From the NCBI GenBank assembly GCA_965217895.1, contig CBDCJV010000002.1:2688001-2752000 (forward strand): a DNA stretch of 64,000 nucleotides. Direction: 5' to 3'. The notes below the pieces were generated by a model. That model saw nothing but the letters and a program-made list of their open reading frames with translations, was not told the origin of the DNA and made no database searches. A program made the translations under genes and the position numbers. This document shows, one piece after another, positions 21,552-32,681 of the stretch (positions are counted from its first letter, which is position 1; every line of letters starts with the position of its first letter). The stretch comes from Waterburya sp. (lineage in GTDB: Bacteria; Cyanobacteriota; Cyanobacteriia; Cyanobacteriales; Xenococcaceae).

Positions 21552-22225
21552 TTAGCTCAAGATCCCTATTCGGCAATGTTACCGAGTAGAACAGCTAATT
21601 TCCTTGCCAAAGATTACCCTTCAAGGTTATATTCAGGTTAAAATTTGGTAGAGTAACGTCTCAGCAACTCCTTAGTCGCTTAGTAATTTTAGTCAAAAGA
21701 ATGTAAAGTGAAATCATTGGCGCTCAACAGTTTGGAAAAACCTCAAGCTTACGCCTATGCAACTAACAGTATCTTCTAGCGATGGCAGAGCCAAACGCTA
21801 ATTTAAGGTTAATTGAACTTCCTTGGTTGCTAGAAATTACATCAATTGGCTATTGCTTTACTAATTTTAATGAAGTTTTAGTTACAGCTATTGATTATTA
21901 CTTTTGACTAGGGAATCTTCCTATAGTCTTCTGCTTAAAACAGAAGAAAACAAAGTAAAAAGCTAAATCCATAAAAAGACAAAAGATTAACTCCCAAGCA
22001 CCAGCCAAATAATTGAGACTGCTCAAACAGATATTATTTGTTAATATCTAAACGCCATAGATACATACGTGAAATTTACTGATTTATTTTTATTGCCTAC
22101 CTTTCTTGAATTGAAAAACACTGAAAAATAATTAAGATAAGACAAATTATTTCTGACTCAGTGAATTACATGGTTTTACGACAGGCTAACTAATAATCAG
22201 CCAGCAAAATTTTTGAGGAAAATTA

Positions 22226-24256
22226 ATGTCAAAACAGATAATTATTGCAGAACAACATCACATAGCTGCTGTTTTCTGGGAAGAACAAATACAAGAGTTA
22301 ATTGTTGCTACAGGTTATCAGCAAGTAAGTGATATTTACCTAGGTACGGTAGAAAATATTATTCCTGGTATCGATGCTGCGTTTGTTAATATTGGCAATA
22401 GCGAACGCAACGGCTTTATTCACGTCACAGATTTAGGACCATTACGCCTCAAAAGAAGCGCGGCAGCCATTACTGAACTTTTAGCTCCTCAGCAAAAGGC
22501 TTTAGTTCAGGTCATGAAAGAACCTACAGGCAATAAAGGACCAAGACTTACTGGAAATATTACTTTACCAGGACGTTACCTGGTCTTGATGCCCTATGGC
22601 AAGGGAGTTAAACTATCTCGTCGGATCGCCGATGAAAATGAGCGTAGTCGTCTTCGCGCCTTGGCAATTTTGATTAAACCACCAGGAATGGGTATCTTGA
22701 TCAGAACTGAGGCAGATGGTAAAGCCGAAGAAGCGATCATGGAAGATTTAGAGTTTTTGCAAAAGCAGTGGGAATCGATTCAGTACCAGGCAAACTACGC
22801 CAAACCTCCAGCTTTACTTAATCGGGACGATGACTTTATTCAGCGTGTTTTACGAGATACATACTCGGCTGAAGTTAATACTATTGTGGTTGACTCCTCT
22901 GCTGGAGTAAAAAGAGTCAAGCAACAGTTAATGAATTGGAGTAGCGGTCGCTCACCTCAGGGTGTCTTTATTGATTATCACCGCGAACAGCAGCCAATTT
23001 TAGACTATTATCGCGTTAATGCTGCAATCAAAGAGGCTCTTAAACCTAGAGTCGAACTGCCTTCTGGAGGTTATGTAATAATTGAACCAACAGAAGCCTT
23101 AACGGTAATTGATGTAAACTCAGGGTCGTTTACTCGCTCGGCAACTGCCAGAGAGACAGTGCTGTGGACAAATACTGAAGCTGCTACCGAGATTGCTCGT
23201 CAGTTGCGTTTACGGAATATTGGCGGGGTGATTGTAGTTGACTTTATTGATATGGATTCCCATCGAGATAAAATTAAATTATTAGAACACTTTAATAAAA
23301 GTCTCAAGGGAGATAAAGCCCGCCCGCAAATTGCTCAACTTTCGGAACTAGGGTTAGTAGAACTTACTCGTAAACGCCAAGGCAAAAATATATACGAATT
23401 GTTTGGTCAAACTTGCCATACTTGCGGTGGTTTAGGACAGATAGCCCATCTCCCAGGAAAATCAGAGGCAGAACCTTTAGAGACTTCGCCGATAATTTCT
23501 CCTGCTGCGATTCGTGAACCCGTTAATAATATTCGCCCTGTAATTCCCTCTCCTGTAGAACGGCCAGAAAAACCAGAGCTAGTCAACAACTCAACTTCAG
23601 ATCTAGGATACGATCGCAGTAGTCGTCAACCAGACTTAATTAATCATCCTAACTATCAAGAACAGGCAGGAAGTAGCAACGGTAATCGCCGTCGTCGTCG
23701 TAGTCGTCGCAACGATTTGTTAATCAAAGAAGAGTTAATCGAACAAGAAAATTTAGAGCAAAACAACAGAATTGATTCAGATAGTGAAAATAATACCGAA
23801 GAGCGCAAATCTCGTTCTCAATCCCGTTCTCCTCGTAGAGATGAAGCTAATTTAGAAAAAGTGACCATAGAAATGGATGGCATGGAACAGGAGATCTATG
23901 CCTTAATGGGTATATCTCCTCTAGTTTATGCCGACCAAGAAGCTAAAGACCCTAAATCTGTTTTAGTTTACGTCAAAAAACCTGGAGAAGAGTTAGCTGA
24001 ATTTGAAACAACAACTCAGGTTCATAAACAGCCAGAAGTTGAAAGAAAACCCAAAACTAAAGTCAAGAAGACCCAGAGCCAGGATAAAACTGAATTTGTC
24101 CCTGAACCAGAAGCTGAAGTTGAATTAGAGCCTGAAACTGAACCAGAGGTTAAAATCGAACCAGAATTAGAATCAGTAGCCGAGTCAGAAGCTTCAAATA
24201 CTGGTCGTCGTCGTCGCCGTCGTCGTTCTTCAGCCGCCCAAGAAGTTGAGGTTTAA
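22226..24256 (+). CDS. rne: Ribonuclease E
   Basis: S1 domain, KEPTGNKGPRLT, IDVNSG, VDFIDM, CHTCGG zinc link, C-terminal RRRRRRSSA. Confidence 0.97.
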   Translation: MSKQIIIAEQHHIAAVFWEEQIQELIVATGYQQVSDIYLGTVENIIPGIDAAFVNIGNSERNGFIHVTDLGPLRLKRSAAAITELLAPQQKALVQVMKEPTGNKGPRLTGNITLPGRYLVLMPYGKGVKLSRRIADENERSRLRALAILIKPPGMGILIRTEADGKAEEAIMEDLEFLQKQWESIQYQANYAKPPALLNRDDDFIQRVLRDTYSAEVNTIVVDSSAGVKRVKQQLMNWSSGRSPQGVFIDYHREQQPILDYYRVNAAIKEALKPRVELPSGGYVIIEPTEALTVIDVNSGSFTRSATARETVLWTNTEAATEIARQLRLRNIGGVIVVDFIDMDSHRDKIKLLEHFNKSLKGDKARPQIAQLSELGLVELTRKRQGKNIYELFGQTCHTCGGLGQIAHLPGKSEAEPLETSPIISPAAIREPVNNIRPVIPSPVERPEKPELVNNSTSDLGYDRSSRQPDLINHPNYQEQAGSSNGNRRRRRSRRNDLLIKEELIEQENLEQNNRIDSDSENNTEERKSRSQSRSPRRDEANLEKVTIEMDGMEQEIYALMGISPLVYADQEAKDPKSVLVYVKKPGEELAEFETTTQVHKQPEVERKPKTKVKKTQSQDKTEFVPEPEAEVELEPETEPEVKIEPELESVAESEASNTGRRRRRRRSSAAQEVEV

Positions 24257-24273
24257 CCAATTATCAATTAACA

Positions 24274-24903
24274 GTGAGCAACGATCGCTTGGCGGACAAT
24301 TTCGACAATTCCTTACTATTAGAATTTATCTCCCCCGATACTTTAGTTGCGGGGGTAGATGAAGTTGGTAGAGGAGCTTTGTTTGGTTCAGTAGTAGCAG
24401 CAACAGTAGTTTTGCCTTTATCGGCTATTCCCAAATTAGTTGCTGCTGGAGTCAAAGATAGCAAAAAGCTCTCGGCTAAGAAACGTCAGGAACTTGTACC
24501 TTTAATTAAACAGATAATAACTGATTATTATGTTGGCTTTGCCAATGTTGCTGAAATAGACAGCATGAATATTTTACAGGCTTCATTATTGGCAATGAGG
24601 CGAAGCTTGTTGAAGTTAGAAGTTATTCCAGATATATGTTTAGTGGATGGCAAGTTTCCCATTCCTAATTTAGCAATTCCCCAAAAGACGGTGATTAAAG
24701 GAGACTTGCGATCGCCTGTAATTGCAGCAGCTAGCATTTTAGCTAAGGTGTGGCGAGATGAGTTAATTATTAGCCAAGCAGAGAAATATCCTGAATACCA
24801 TCTAGCTGCAAACAAAGGATATCCTACTGCTGACCATCGTTTAGCGATTCAAAAACATGGTATTTCCCTCGAACACCGACGTTCTTTTAAGTCCTGTCAA
24901 TAG
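24274..24903 (+). CDS. rnhB: Ribonuclease HII
   Basis: GVDEVGRG, DSKKL, AAASILAKVWRD, KGYPT, HRRSF; follows rne as usual in cyanobacteria. Confidence 0.96.
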   Translation: MSNDRLADNFDNSLLLEFISPDTLVAGVDEVGRGALFGSVVAATVVLPLSAIPKLVAAGVKDSKKLSAKKRQELVPLIKQIITDYYVGFANVAEIDSMNILQASLLAMRRSLLKLEVIPDICLVDGKFPIPNLAIPQKTVIKGDLRSPVIAAASILAKVWRDELIISQAEKYPEYHLAANKGYPTADHRLAIQKHGISLEHRRSFKSCQ

Positions 24904-25191
24904 CTGTTTGTAATGTAATAAATTATTAGATAGTATTTTAAGCAACTAGTAATTAGAAAATTCATACACCATCAAATTAGTAATGTTTATTCTAAACACC
25001 TAAGCTATAAAAATTTCAAATTTAATATTTATTAAATATCAATCAACTAATATTGTTACAGTTTTTCCTTCAATTTTAAATTTGTTACAAATCACTGGTA
25101 AATTATGACAGAAATCATAGCTTTAGAGTTTTTTTTTGAGAAAATGAAAATTATAAAGTGTAAAATGATGCCTTAAATTAATGTACCTGTT

Positions 25192-25935
25192 ATGTCCAAC
25201 AATTATAATGATCAGTTACCTATCGTTAATTCTACTGATATCTCAGTTGTTAACACTTCTTTTAGTCCAGTCACATATGAAAAGTTGTTTCAGAGTAGTC
25301 CTAGTAATGTAAATAATATAGATGTTGATACTAAAGATTTTATCTCTAGATATGCTAAAGCACATGATATTGAAACCCCTGTAAAACAAGCGTATGATGA
25401 GAAATTAGCTAATACCAAATCCAAAAAAGATGTTGAGACAAATAAGCAAACTTATATAATTATTGGTATAGTCTCGATTATATTATCTTTTTTCTTATCT
25501 TTAAACCATAAAAATGGAAGTGATAAAGCTGTAGTTAGTGTTCTGTTTTTTGGAGGTAGTATCATAACATTAGCGCAAGTTATTGGAAAAGGAAATTATA
25601 ATGATACGAGCAAGGCAAAAATAGCTAGAAAAATAAAAGCAGAAAATTATGAAATCTTAGCAAACTTTTATAATATATGTCTTATAAATGCGCGTCAAGA
25701 TTATCAAAAACATTTTGATTTTTTAGCTATTAATCCCACTTTAGAAGAAGTAGAACAATATTTAGATCAATATAAAAATAATGAATTATTAGATATTGTG
25801 CAACTTGAATTATATTTGGCTGCGTACAACAAGTTTTTAAGCACAAGGTCTACTTCTAACTATTTAGATAATGCAGATTTAGGTGTAAGCATTGGAATCG
25901 GATTTGCGTTTGATTTCTGGGAACTTTTCTCCTAA
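25192..25935 (+). CDS. Hypothetical AT-rich protein with two TM helices
   Basis: 247-aa ORF with two hydrophobic segments in a visibly AT-rich tract; no recognised domain. Confidence 0.65.
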   Translation: MSNNYNDQLPIVNSTDISVVNTSFSPVTYEKLFQSSPSNVNNIDVDTKDFISRYAKAHDIETPVKQAYDEKLANTKSKKDVETNKQTYIIIGIVSIILSFFLSLNHKNGSDKAVVSVLFFGGSIITLAQVIGKGNYNDTSKAKIARKIKAENYEILANFYNICLINARQDYQKHFDFLAINPTLEEVEQYLDQYKNNELLDIVQLELYLAAYNKFLSTRSTSNYLDNADLGVSIGIGFAFDFWELFS

Positions 25936-26070
25936 TAATAAATATTGTCACTATGCAAGTTAGTAAAGATAAAGTTGTTTTCAATAGAAATCATACCCAT
26001 TCCACTCTATGATTACCTAACTCAAATTAAATATTTGAAATTTTAAGTGTAGTGACTAAATAGTTAGAAT

Positions 26071-26655
26071 TTAGTATCCTGGATCGGGAGATAGTTTGGA
26101 TGAAGATTTCGTTTCTGGCTTAGTTTCTTGAGATGCCCAGACTCGATAATCCTGAACTAATTGAGTTGTCAGCTTTTGTTTAATTCTAACTAGAACGCTT
26201 TTGAGCAGTTTATTCCCTGCTTTTTCTAAAAATGGTTTAGGGGTAAACATTAAAGCAGTTGGTAACTCCACTTTTACTTCTAAATCAGCTTGACCCTCCA
26301 AGGTGGTATTGCCTGCTGACTCTTGAGCAGCTAAAATACCCTTGAGCTTGAGAGAAAAACGCCGATTGATATAGTCAATACCTTTAATTTGACAACCTTC
26401 AGATTTTAAATACACGCTGCCATTAGTACCAGACCAAACTTTTAACAGTACAATTGGCTGGAAATGATAAATTTCCATAAAGTTAATCGGTCGCATTTTC
26501 AACTCATATAAATCATCAGATACTTGCTTCATCAACTGCGGATCGGCGATCGCCTTTACCAGGCGTTTAGGTTGACGCAAATAATGCTGTATCGGAGTTT
26601 CCTCATTAGCTACCGATATCTGAACTAACTCTGAGGCACTGAAACTGACATTCAT
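26071..26655 (-). CDS. DUF1997 family protein
   Basis: PIQHYLRQPKRLVKAIADP, LKSVLVRIKQKL...DYRVW. Confidence 0.85.
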   Translation of the reverse strand: MNVSFSASELVQISVANEETPIQHYLRQPKRLVKAIADPQLMKQVSDDLYELKMRPINFMEIYHFQPIVLLKVWSGTNGSVYLKSEGCQIKGIDYINRRFSLKLKGILAAQESAGNTTLEGQADLEVKVELPTALMFTPKPFLEKAGNKLLKSVLVRIKQKLTTQLVQDYRVWASQETKPETKSSSKLSPDPGY

Positions 26656-26783
26656 AAGTGAAACTACTGAAATCTTTACCTTTTATTAATTTTAGGTTAC
26701 ATTTCTTCAAAAATTATTTATATGTCGAAAAATTAATACTATGGTTAGATCTTTGTATTTGTGTTGAAAAAGATGCGATCGCT

Positions 26784-27629
26784 ATGAATCCTTCTCTTGC
26801 CTATTTAGGACCGACTGGAACTAACTCTGAAACTGCTGCCTTGGCATATGCAAAATGGTTAACCGTTAATAAAAATCAGACAGCGATTCTATGTCCTTAT
26901 CCTAGTATTGCTCTGGCATTACAGTCTGTTATTCAAGGTAAAGTTGATTATGCAGTCGTACCAATTGAAAATTCCGTTGAGGGAAGCGTTACGGTTGTTT
27001 TAGATACTCTATGGCAATCAACTAATCTCCAGGTACATCAAGAATTAACCATCCCTATTCTTCATGGATTATTATCTTACGCTCAATCATTAGAGCAAAT
27101 CAATACAGTTTACTCTCATCCCCAAGCTTTAGCTCAATGTCAGCAGTGGCTCGAAAAATTTTTACCTCAGGTTCAACTCGTCCCGACAAACTCTACTACC
27201 GAAGGCATACAAAAGCTCAAAGACGATTTAACCGCAGCAGCAGTTTCTGCTCCTAGAGCCGCACAATTATACCAAGTTCCCTTATTAAGACAGGATATTA
27301 AAGATCGCCCCGACAACTGTACTCGTTTTTGGATTGTTAGCTCTGCCATTAGCGATTGCGGTAGCCATCTTTCCTTGGCTTTTAGCCTGCCTCAAAACGC
27401 TCCAGGAGCATTGGTAAAAGCTTTAGAAATTTTTGCTCGTAGAGAAATTAACTTAAGCAAAATTGAATCTCGTCCGACTAAGCGTTCCTTAGGAGAATAC
27501 ATCTTTTTTATCGATTTAGAAGGCAATTCTCGTGATCTAGAAATTAGAGATGCTATCAATGATTTATCTGCCTGTACAGAGGTTTTAAAGATCTTTGGCA
27601 ATTACAGTCTTTTATCAATATTTACATGA
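26784..27629 (+). CDS. pheA: Prephenate dehydratase
   Basis: AYLGPTGT, VPIENSVEGSV, SHPQALAQC, NCTRF, INLSKIESRP ACT domain; start ATG 26784. Confidence 0.96.
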   Translation: MNPSLAYLGPTGTNSETAALAYAKWLTVNKNQTAILCPYPSIALALQSVIQGKVDYAVVPIENSVEGSVTVVLDTLWQSTNLQVHQELTIPILHGLLSYAQSLEQINTVYSHPQALAQCQQWLEKFLPQVQLVPTNSTTEGIQKLKDDLTAAAVSAPRAAQLYQVPLLRQDIKDRPDNCTRFWIVSSAISDCGSHLSLAFSLPQNAPGALVKALEIFARREINLSKIESRPTKRSLGEYIFFIDLEGNSRDLEIRDAINDLSACTEVLKIFGNYSLLSIFT

Positions 27630-27784
27630 CCTCCATTGCCCTGAAAAAATTAGGCAATAGCTTTGTTGAGGCTGGCTTTTTTAAAGTACGAATATTCAAT
27701 TTAAAGGGTTGAGTTGGGATCTTAATGTTTTTTATTGAGATTTAGAAACAGGGAAAGCCAAAGCTCTCCCCGAACATGAAACTA

Positions 27785-28240
27785 TCAGGATAATTTACTT
27801 TTGACTAACGCCTGAATTTTTTTACCATCTGCCTTTCCCTTCAGCTTCTGCATGGCAGGACCCATTACTTTGCCCAAATCTTTGAGTGATGTCGCTCCAG
27901 AATCAGTAACGATTTCATCGATAATAGCTTCTAATTCACTATCGCTAACTTGTTCGGGCAGATAGGTTTCAATGATAGCCAATTCTTGACTTTCTTTGGC
28001 TGCTAAGTCGTCTCTTCCTGCATCTGTAAACTGCTCAATAGAATCACGGCGTTGTTTTGCCTGCTGAGAAAGCAATTCTATTTCTTGTTCTGGTGTAAGA
28101 CTATCTTGACCCTTGGGGCGGACTTCTACTTCTTTATCTAAGATTGCTTTTTTGATCCCGCGTACAGTCTGTAAGCGAATCTTGTCTTTGGCTTTCATTG
28201 CCGTTTTGATGTCTTCTCCAATTTTATCTTTTAGACTCAT
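27785..28240 (-). CDS. GatB/YqeY domain protein
   Basis: MSLKDKIGEDIKTAMKAKDK, KQRRDSIEQF, YLPEQ, DLGKVMG, GKADGK. Confidence 0.92.
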   Translation of the reverse strand: MSLKDKIGEDIKTAMKAKDKIRLQTVRGIKKAILDKEVEVRPKGQDSLTPEQEIELLSQQAKQRRDSIEQFTDAGRDDLAAKESQELAIIETYLPEQVSDSELEAIIDEIVTDSGATSLKDLGKVMGPAMQKLKGKADGKKIQALVKSKLS

Positions 28241-28493
28241 TTTTTTATCCATTACATCTGAGTCATTTATTATAAGATACTTTTATCGTAATACAAAAGA
28301 AATTATCTAATTTTTAAATTATCTTTTCTCAGAAAGTCTAAAAAAAAATAGAATTATTCCACTTTCTTAGTTAATTTTGGTATTTGTGCAAATTAGCGAT
28401 CGCTAATCTTCTAAATTAGTAATTAATAACTCCTATCATGCCCAATATAGGGCTTTGATAATTTAATGTATGAAACGAAACTGCTAATGATAT

Positions 28494-28582
28494 TGTTCGC
28501 AGTGAAGCATTTTCGTTGCGGGGCTTTCCCCGTTGAGACAAAGGACTTGACTTGTCCGCATGTAGTGCTGAACCCGAAGAAC
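28494..28582. repeat. GC-rich nested hairpin micro-element
   Basis: CGGGGCTTTCCCCG hairpin plus GACTTGTCCGCATGTAG, which matches the GNAT micro-element at 16/17 nt. Confidence 0.6.
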
Positions 28583-28657
28583 TATTAGCTGTTAGCTTCA
28601 ACCGTTAGTAATCCTAAAGATGTAATGATGAACGAAATACCGAATTTAAAATAGTAG

Positions 28658-29449
28658 GTGGTAAAGATGACATTAGCTACATACGGAAGTTTATGTACGG
28701 AGGTATATGAGATTACCAAACCAGTAGGTAAGGACTATCCTGATGTTTCCTATTTTATTCAACATCTTTCTCAGCTAGACGGGCGAATTCTGGAGGCAAT
28801 GGTTGGCACAGGACGCTTACTGATTCCTCTACTAGAAGCTGGGTTAAACGTTGAAGGAATTGATGTATCACCCGATATGCTAGCTGCCTGTAAACAAAAT
28901 TGTGCAACAAGAGGCTTAAATCCTGTACTTTACGAAGGTTCAATCGAAAACTTGAACATTTCAGGTAAGTTTAGTGCAATTATCATCACTTTAGGCTCTT
29001 TCATGTTGTTAGGAAAACGCTCTGCTGCGATCTCCGCATTACAAGCATTTGCAAAACATCTAGAACCCAATGGAAGAATTTTTATAGATTTAGGATTACC
29101 TGTAGATTTAATTACAACTGAGAACATTGTTAAACAACGAGAACCCGTCAAGTGTTTTGATGGTTCAGTGATTCTAATGCAAACATCATCTCGTATCGAT
29201 TGGATAGAGCAAGTAGAGCATACTCTGATTCGCTATGAAAAATGGCAAGATGGAAAACTAATTGATACAGAACTACAACATCTTCCGTTACATTGGTTTG
29301 GGCTAGAAGAATTTGTCATGTGTTTACGAGAGAATGGATACACTGACATTAGTGTTTGTGCTAATCATACAGATGAATTAAAACCAAGTTCTTGTCATGA
29401 CCAACTCTGTTTTTCAGCAACTCTTGCCTCAAAAGTATTTGAGAATTAG
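28658..29449 (+). CDS. Class I SAM-dependent methyltransferase
   Basis: ILEAMVGTGRLLIPL, GIDVSPDML, HLEPNGRIFID. Confidence 0.9.
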   Translation: MVKMTLATYGSLCTEVYEITKPVGKDYPDVSYFIQHLSQLDGRILEAMVGTGRLLIPLLEAGLNVEGIDVSPDMLAACKQNCATRGLNPVLYEGSIENLNISGKFSAIIITLGSFMLLGKRSAAISALQAFAKHLEPNGRIFIDLGLPVDLITTENIVKQREPVKCFDGSVILMQTSSRIDWIEQVEHTLIRYEKWQDGKLIDTELQHLPLHWFGLEEFVMCLRENGYTDISVCANHTDELKPSSCHDQLCFSATLASKVFEN

Positions 29450-29700
29450 CTAATTTTTGAAAAATTGCTGATTTTAATCAGCAATTAAACTATCATTTTT
29501 TTGATGTTAGTGTAGATTTTTGTTTGGGTGATTATAGCAATTAAACTAGTACTAGAAGACATTAAAGAAGCGCGATCGCCGAAATAAGTCCCTGCAATAA
29601 CCTTCTATCCTTATATCTTTAGGACTACCTAAGCGTCTTTAATTTTTTAAGAAATCATACCTTGGTTCACCAACGCCTATTAAATGAACCAAATTGAGCC

Positions 29701-29730
29701 AAAAAAGCCTGACTAATCATTTAGTCAGGC
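29701..29730 (-). terminator. Intrinsic terminator of the NDH-2 gene
   Basis: GCCTGACTAA-TCAT-TTAGTCAGGC perfect stem with A6 on the plus strand (U-tail on minus). Confidence 0.8.
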
Positions 29731-29793
29731 AAAACGAGTGTGAAGTTAAATCGAATAAGCTATTAGTATCGCGATCCAGTAAAAATTAAGCTC

Positions 29794-31161
29794 TTAAACT
29801 GATATTGTCTCTTTAGATTGAGAGGTAGCTCTCTCTTGCTTCTTGGGAGGTTCAATTTCTAACTGTAGAGAAGGTTTTTCGGTGATTAAGCGCGCTCCTC
29901 TGCCTAAAGTGATATAGTTCCAAGCCCATTGGATCATCACAATTAGTTTATTATCAAACTCAATGAGATAATAAATGTGAGCAAAGATCCAAATAATCCA
30001 GGCGACAAAACCAGAGAATCTGGCAAAGTTAAGGTCTACCACAGCTTTATTTTGCCCAATTACTGCCATGCTGCCAAAGTCTTGATAGTTGAATTGTCCA
30101 ACGGTTTTACCGACATTGCGCTTAGTAATTAAATTTGCCACGTATTCCCCCTGCTTCATAGCTACTGGGGCAACTCCAGGTAAAGGGCGATCGCCTTGAT
30201 GCGCAAAGTTGGCTAAATCGCCAATAACAAAGATATTGCCATAGTCTTTTAAACTCAAGTCAGGTTCAACTATAACTCTGCCCACACGATCTAATTCTGC
30301 CCCAGCGCGCTCGGCTAATACTCCTCCCATAAAGGAAGCTCTAACTCCCGCTGCCCAAAGAATAGTGTGAGCTTGAATAGTTTTTATTTCTTCACCCTGA
30401 CGGAAGGTGACGGAATTATCGGCAATATTAGTTACCAAGGTTTTAGTTTGCACATTTACCCTAAGCTCTTCTAGAGCCTTTTGTGCTTCAGAGGAACACT
30501 CTACGGGGTAGGGAGGTAAAATTCTGTCCATACCTTCAAATAACAATACCTGGGCTTGGGTAGGATCGATGTTGCGGAAATCGTTTTTGACTGACTGATG
30601 GGCAATTTCGGCGATCGCACCAGCTAATTCGACTCCCGTAGGACCACCACCCACCACGACAAAAGTAAGCAAAGCTTTTCGTCTTTGAGGGTTTGGTTCT
30701 TTTTCGGCCGCTTCAAATGCCATAAAGATACGACGACGCATTTCCAAAGCATCCTCCACGGTTTTTAAGCCAGGGGCATCATTTTGCCACTGATCGTTAC
30801 CAAAATAGTGATGACTTACTCCCGTTGCTACAATCAGCGCGTCATAGTCTAACTCTTCTCTCTCTTCTAAAAATACTTTCTTCGCTTCTGGATCGATGTC
30901 TATTACTTTATCTAGCAGTACCTGCGTATTTTTGTGCTTACTCAAAATTACCCGCAAAGGCGAAGCGATATCTGCGGGAGACAATGTACCTGTAGCTACT
31001 TGATATAGAAGTGGTTGAAATAAATGAAAATTACGCTTGTCAATTAAAGTTACTTTGACAGGAGCATCCTTAAGAGTTTTGGCTGCATAAAGCCCGCCAA
31101 AACCTCCGCCAACAATAACTACATGGGGTATTGATGTTTGCCTAGTTTGAGTATTGTTCAT
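29794..31161 (-). CDS. Type II NADH dehydrogenase (NDH-2, Ndb family)
   Basis: VGGGFGG, FQPLLYQVATG, VGGGPTGVELAG, IGD, PGVAPVAMKQG. Confidence 0.93.
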   Translation of the reverse strand: MNNTQTRQTSIPHVVIVGGGFGGLYAAKTLKDAPVKVTLIDKRNFHLFQPLLYQVATGTLSPADIASPLRVILSKHKNTQVLLDKVIDIDPEAKKVFLEEREELDYDALIVATGVSHHYFGNDQWQNDAPGLKTVEDALEMRRRIFMAFEAAEKEPNPQRRKALLTFVVVGGGPTGVELAGAIAEIAHQSVKNDFRNIDPTQAQVLLFEGMDRILPPYPVECSSEAQKALEELRVNVQTKTLVTNIADNSVTFRQGEEIKTIQAHTILWAAGVRASFMGGVLAERAGAELDRVGRVIVEPDLSLKDYGNIFVIGDLANFAHQGDRPLPGVAPVAMKQGEYVANLITKRNVGKTVGQFNYQDFGSMAVIGQNKAVVDLNFARFSGFVAWIIWIFAHIYYLIEFDNKLIVMIQWAWNYITLGRGARLITEKPSLQLEIEPPKKQERATSQSKETISV

Positions 31162-31582
31162 AGCAAAGACTTTGAGTATAGGAGATATATCTTTATCTAA
31201 TAAATTTTGAATGTTGAGAGTATCGAGAAACGTAAAATCAATTTGTCAGCAATTATATACTAATATTAACTTTTATGAACCAAAGCTAACATAATCTTGG
31301 GCAAAATTGAAAATTTATTTATTTTTATTGTCTGGATTAAATATTATTTTGCTGAGAGACTATAAACGCCCCTAAGATATGGAGTTCGATACATTCATTA
31401 ATAGCCTTTATTTCTTAAACATGATGTAACAATCAAAACAAAAGTTAGATAGATATTCCAAATATGTACTATCAGAACGAGTAATCACTTCAAATCATGA
31501 CGAAACAAATATAGTTTATTATTTTGGGTTGGGCTTTTACTTGTTGTCACTCAAAAAACCTACTGCTATAAATTAGATTTAC

Positions 31583-31623
31583 TGGCGATCGCTTTAGCTA
31601 TCAAAAATTAAAAGCGATCGCCA
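31583..31623. terminator. Hairpin built from two HIP1 sites, 3' of the epimerase gene
   Basis: TGGCGATCGCTTT / AAAGCGATCGCCA perfect 13-bp inverted repeat. Confidence 0.5.
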
Positions 31624-31653
31624 TCAATACAGTCCAAACTTCAGAATAAAGGC

Positions 31654-32574
31654 TTAAATAGATTTTTGAGCATTCTGATGATAGTAGCCAGATTCAATTT
31701 CGTCTAATAAACTTGCTCCTGTAGGATTCCAAGAGAGCATTTTTTGGGCTTTAGCTGCCGTAACCCGACTATTAGAACCAAAGGCAAAGTGAGCCATTTC
31801 TGCACCCCATTCGGCGATCGCATCATCGAGAGATATCTGTTCTGTTTTTTTCTCTAAACCCAACATTCGACTAATCGCTTCGGCGACTGTCTTCATTGAT
31901 GCCTCACCGTTTTCTACATAGAAAAACGAACCAGCAGGAGCATTTTCGATTGCCAGCAAATATAACTGCGCTACATCATCAATATGAACGTGCGACCAAA
32001 TATTTTCGCCTTTGCCAATATGACTGGCTTTGCCAGTTTTTTTAGCTAGTTCAATCAGCCCAGGAACTTGAATACTCTCTGCATGAATTCCCTGACCTTG
32101 ACCATAAATTAGGCTGTGACATAAAACTATAGAATGCACGCCTTGTTGGGCAGCATTTAAAACTCTTTCATTAATGGCAATACGTCCTACTTTTTCGATT
32201 GCAGGATGAAATGGCGTATCTTCATTAAAAACTAATTCGCTCTTATTGCCAGCAGCTTTATCGCCGACAAGACTAGAACCGCTAGTTTGAATAAATAGTT
32301 TATCAGTACCATTTAATACTGGCAAAATTGTTGTTACTATCCAAGGATTATCAGAATCAGCAGCATTGATTACGGCATCAGATTTTTGTGTAGTCTCAAT
32401 TAAAAGCCTGCTGTCTGTAAGGCTACCGACAACAGGTTCAATGCCCATTTTGTCAAGCTGTTGGGCTTTTTCTTTTGAGCGTGTAAGTCCTAAAACTTGA
32501 TGACCTGCATCAATTAGTTTTACTGCCACTGACCCACCAATATATCCAGTCGCACCAGTTAGAAAAATTTTCAT
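31654..32574 (-). CDS. NAD-dependent epimerase/dehydratase family protein
   Basis: MKIFLTGATGYIGG; WSHVHIDDVA. Confidence 0.9.
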   Translation of the reverse strand: MKIFLTGATGYIGGSVAVKLIDAGHQVLGLTRSKEKAQQLDKMGIEPVVGSLTDSRLLIETTQKSDAVINAADSDNPWIVTTILPVLNGTDKLFIQTSGSSLVGDKAAGNKSELVFNEDTPFHPAIEKVGRIAINERVLNAAQQGVHSIVLCHSLIYGQGQGIHAESIQVPGLIELAKKTGKASHIGKGENIWSHVHIDDVAQLYLLAIENAPAGSFFYVENGEASMKTVAEAISRMLGLEKKTEQISLDDAIAEWGAEMAHFAFGSNSRVTAAKAQKMLSWNPTGASLLDEIESGYYHQNAQKSI

Positions 32575-32681
32575 AGCTTTGTTTCTTATCAGTCTGACTT
32601 TGTTTACTATTTGTTAGTCTGACAAAAGCCTAATCTTAGTACCAGAGTTTACTTATACTGGTATAAAAACTAATATCTTAA

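Noticed and set aside
24095..24235. Pro/Glu repeats and poly-Arg in the RNase E C-terminus
   Set aside because: Expected disordered scaffold; RRRRRRSSA is the known cyanobacterial PNPase-binding motif.
28416..28601. Short ORFs at 28416-28601, 44875-45078 and 52801-53004
   Set aside because: They run through a GC-rich repeat, a MITE and tRNA-Glu respectively; chance frames.
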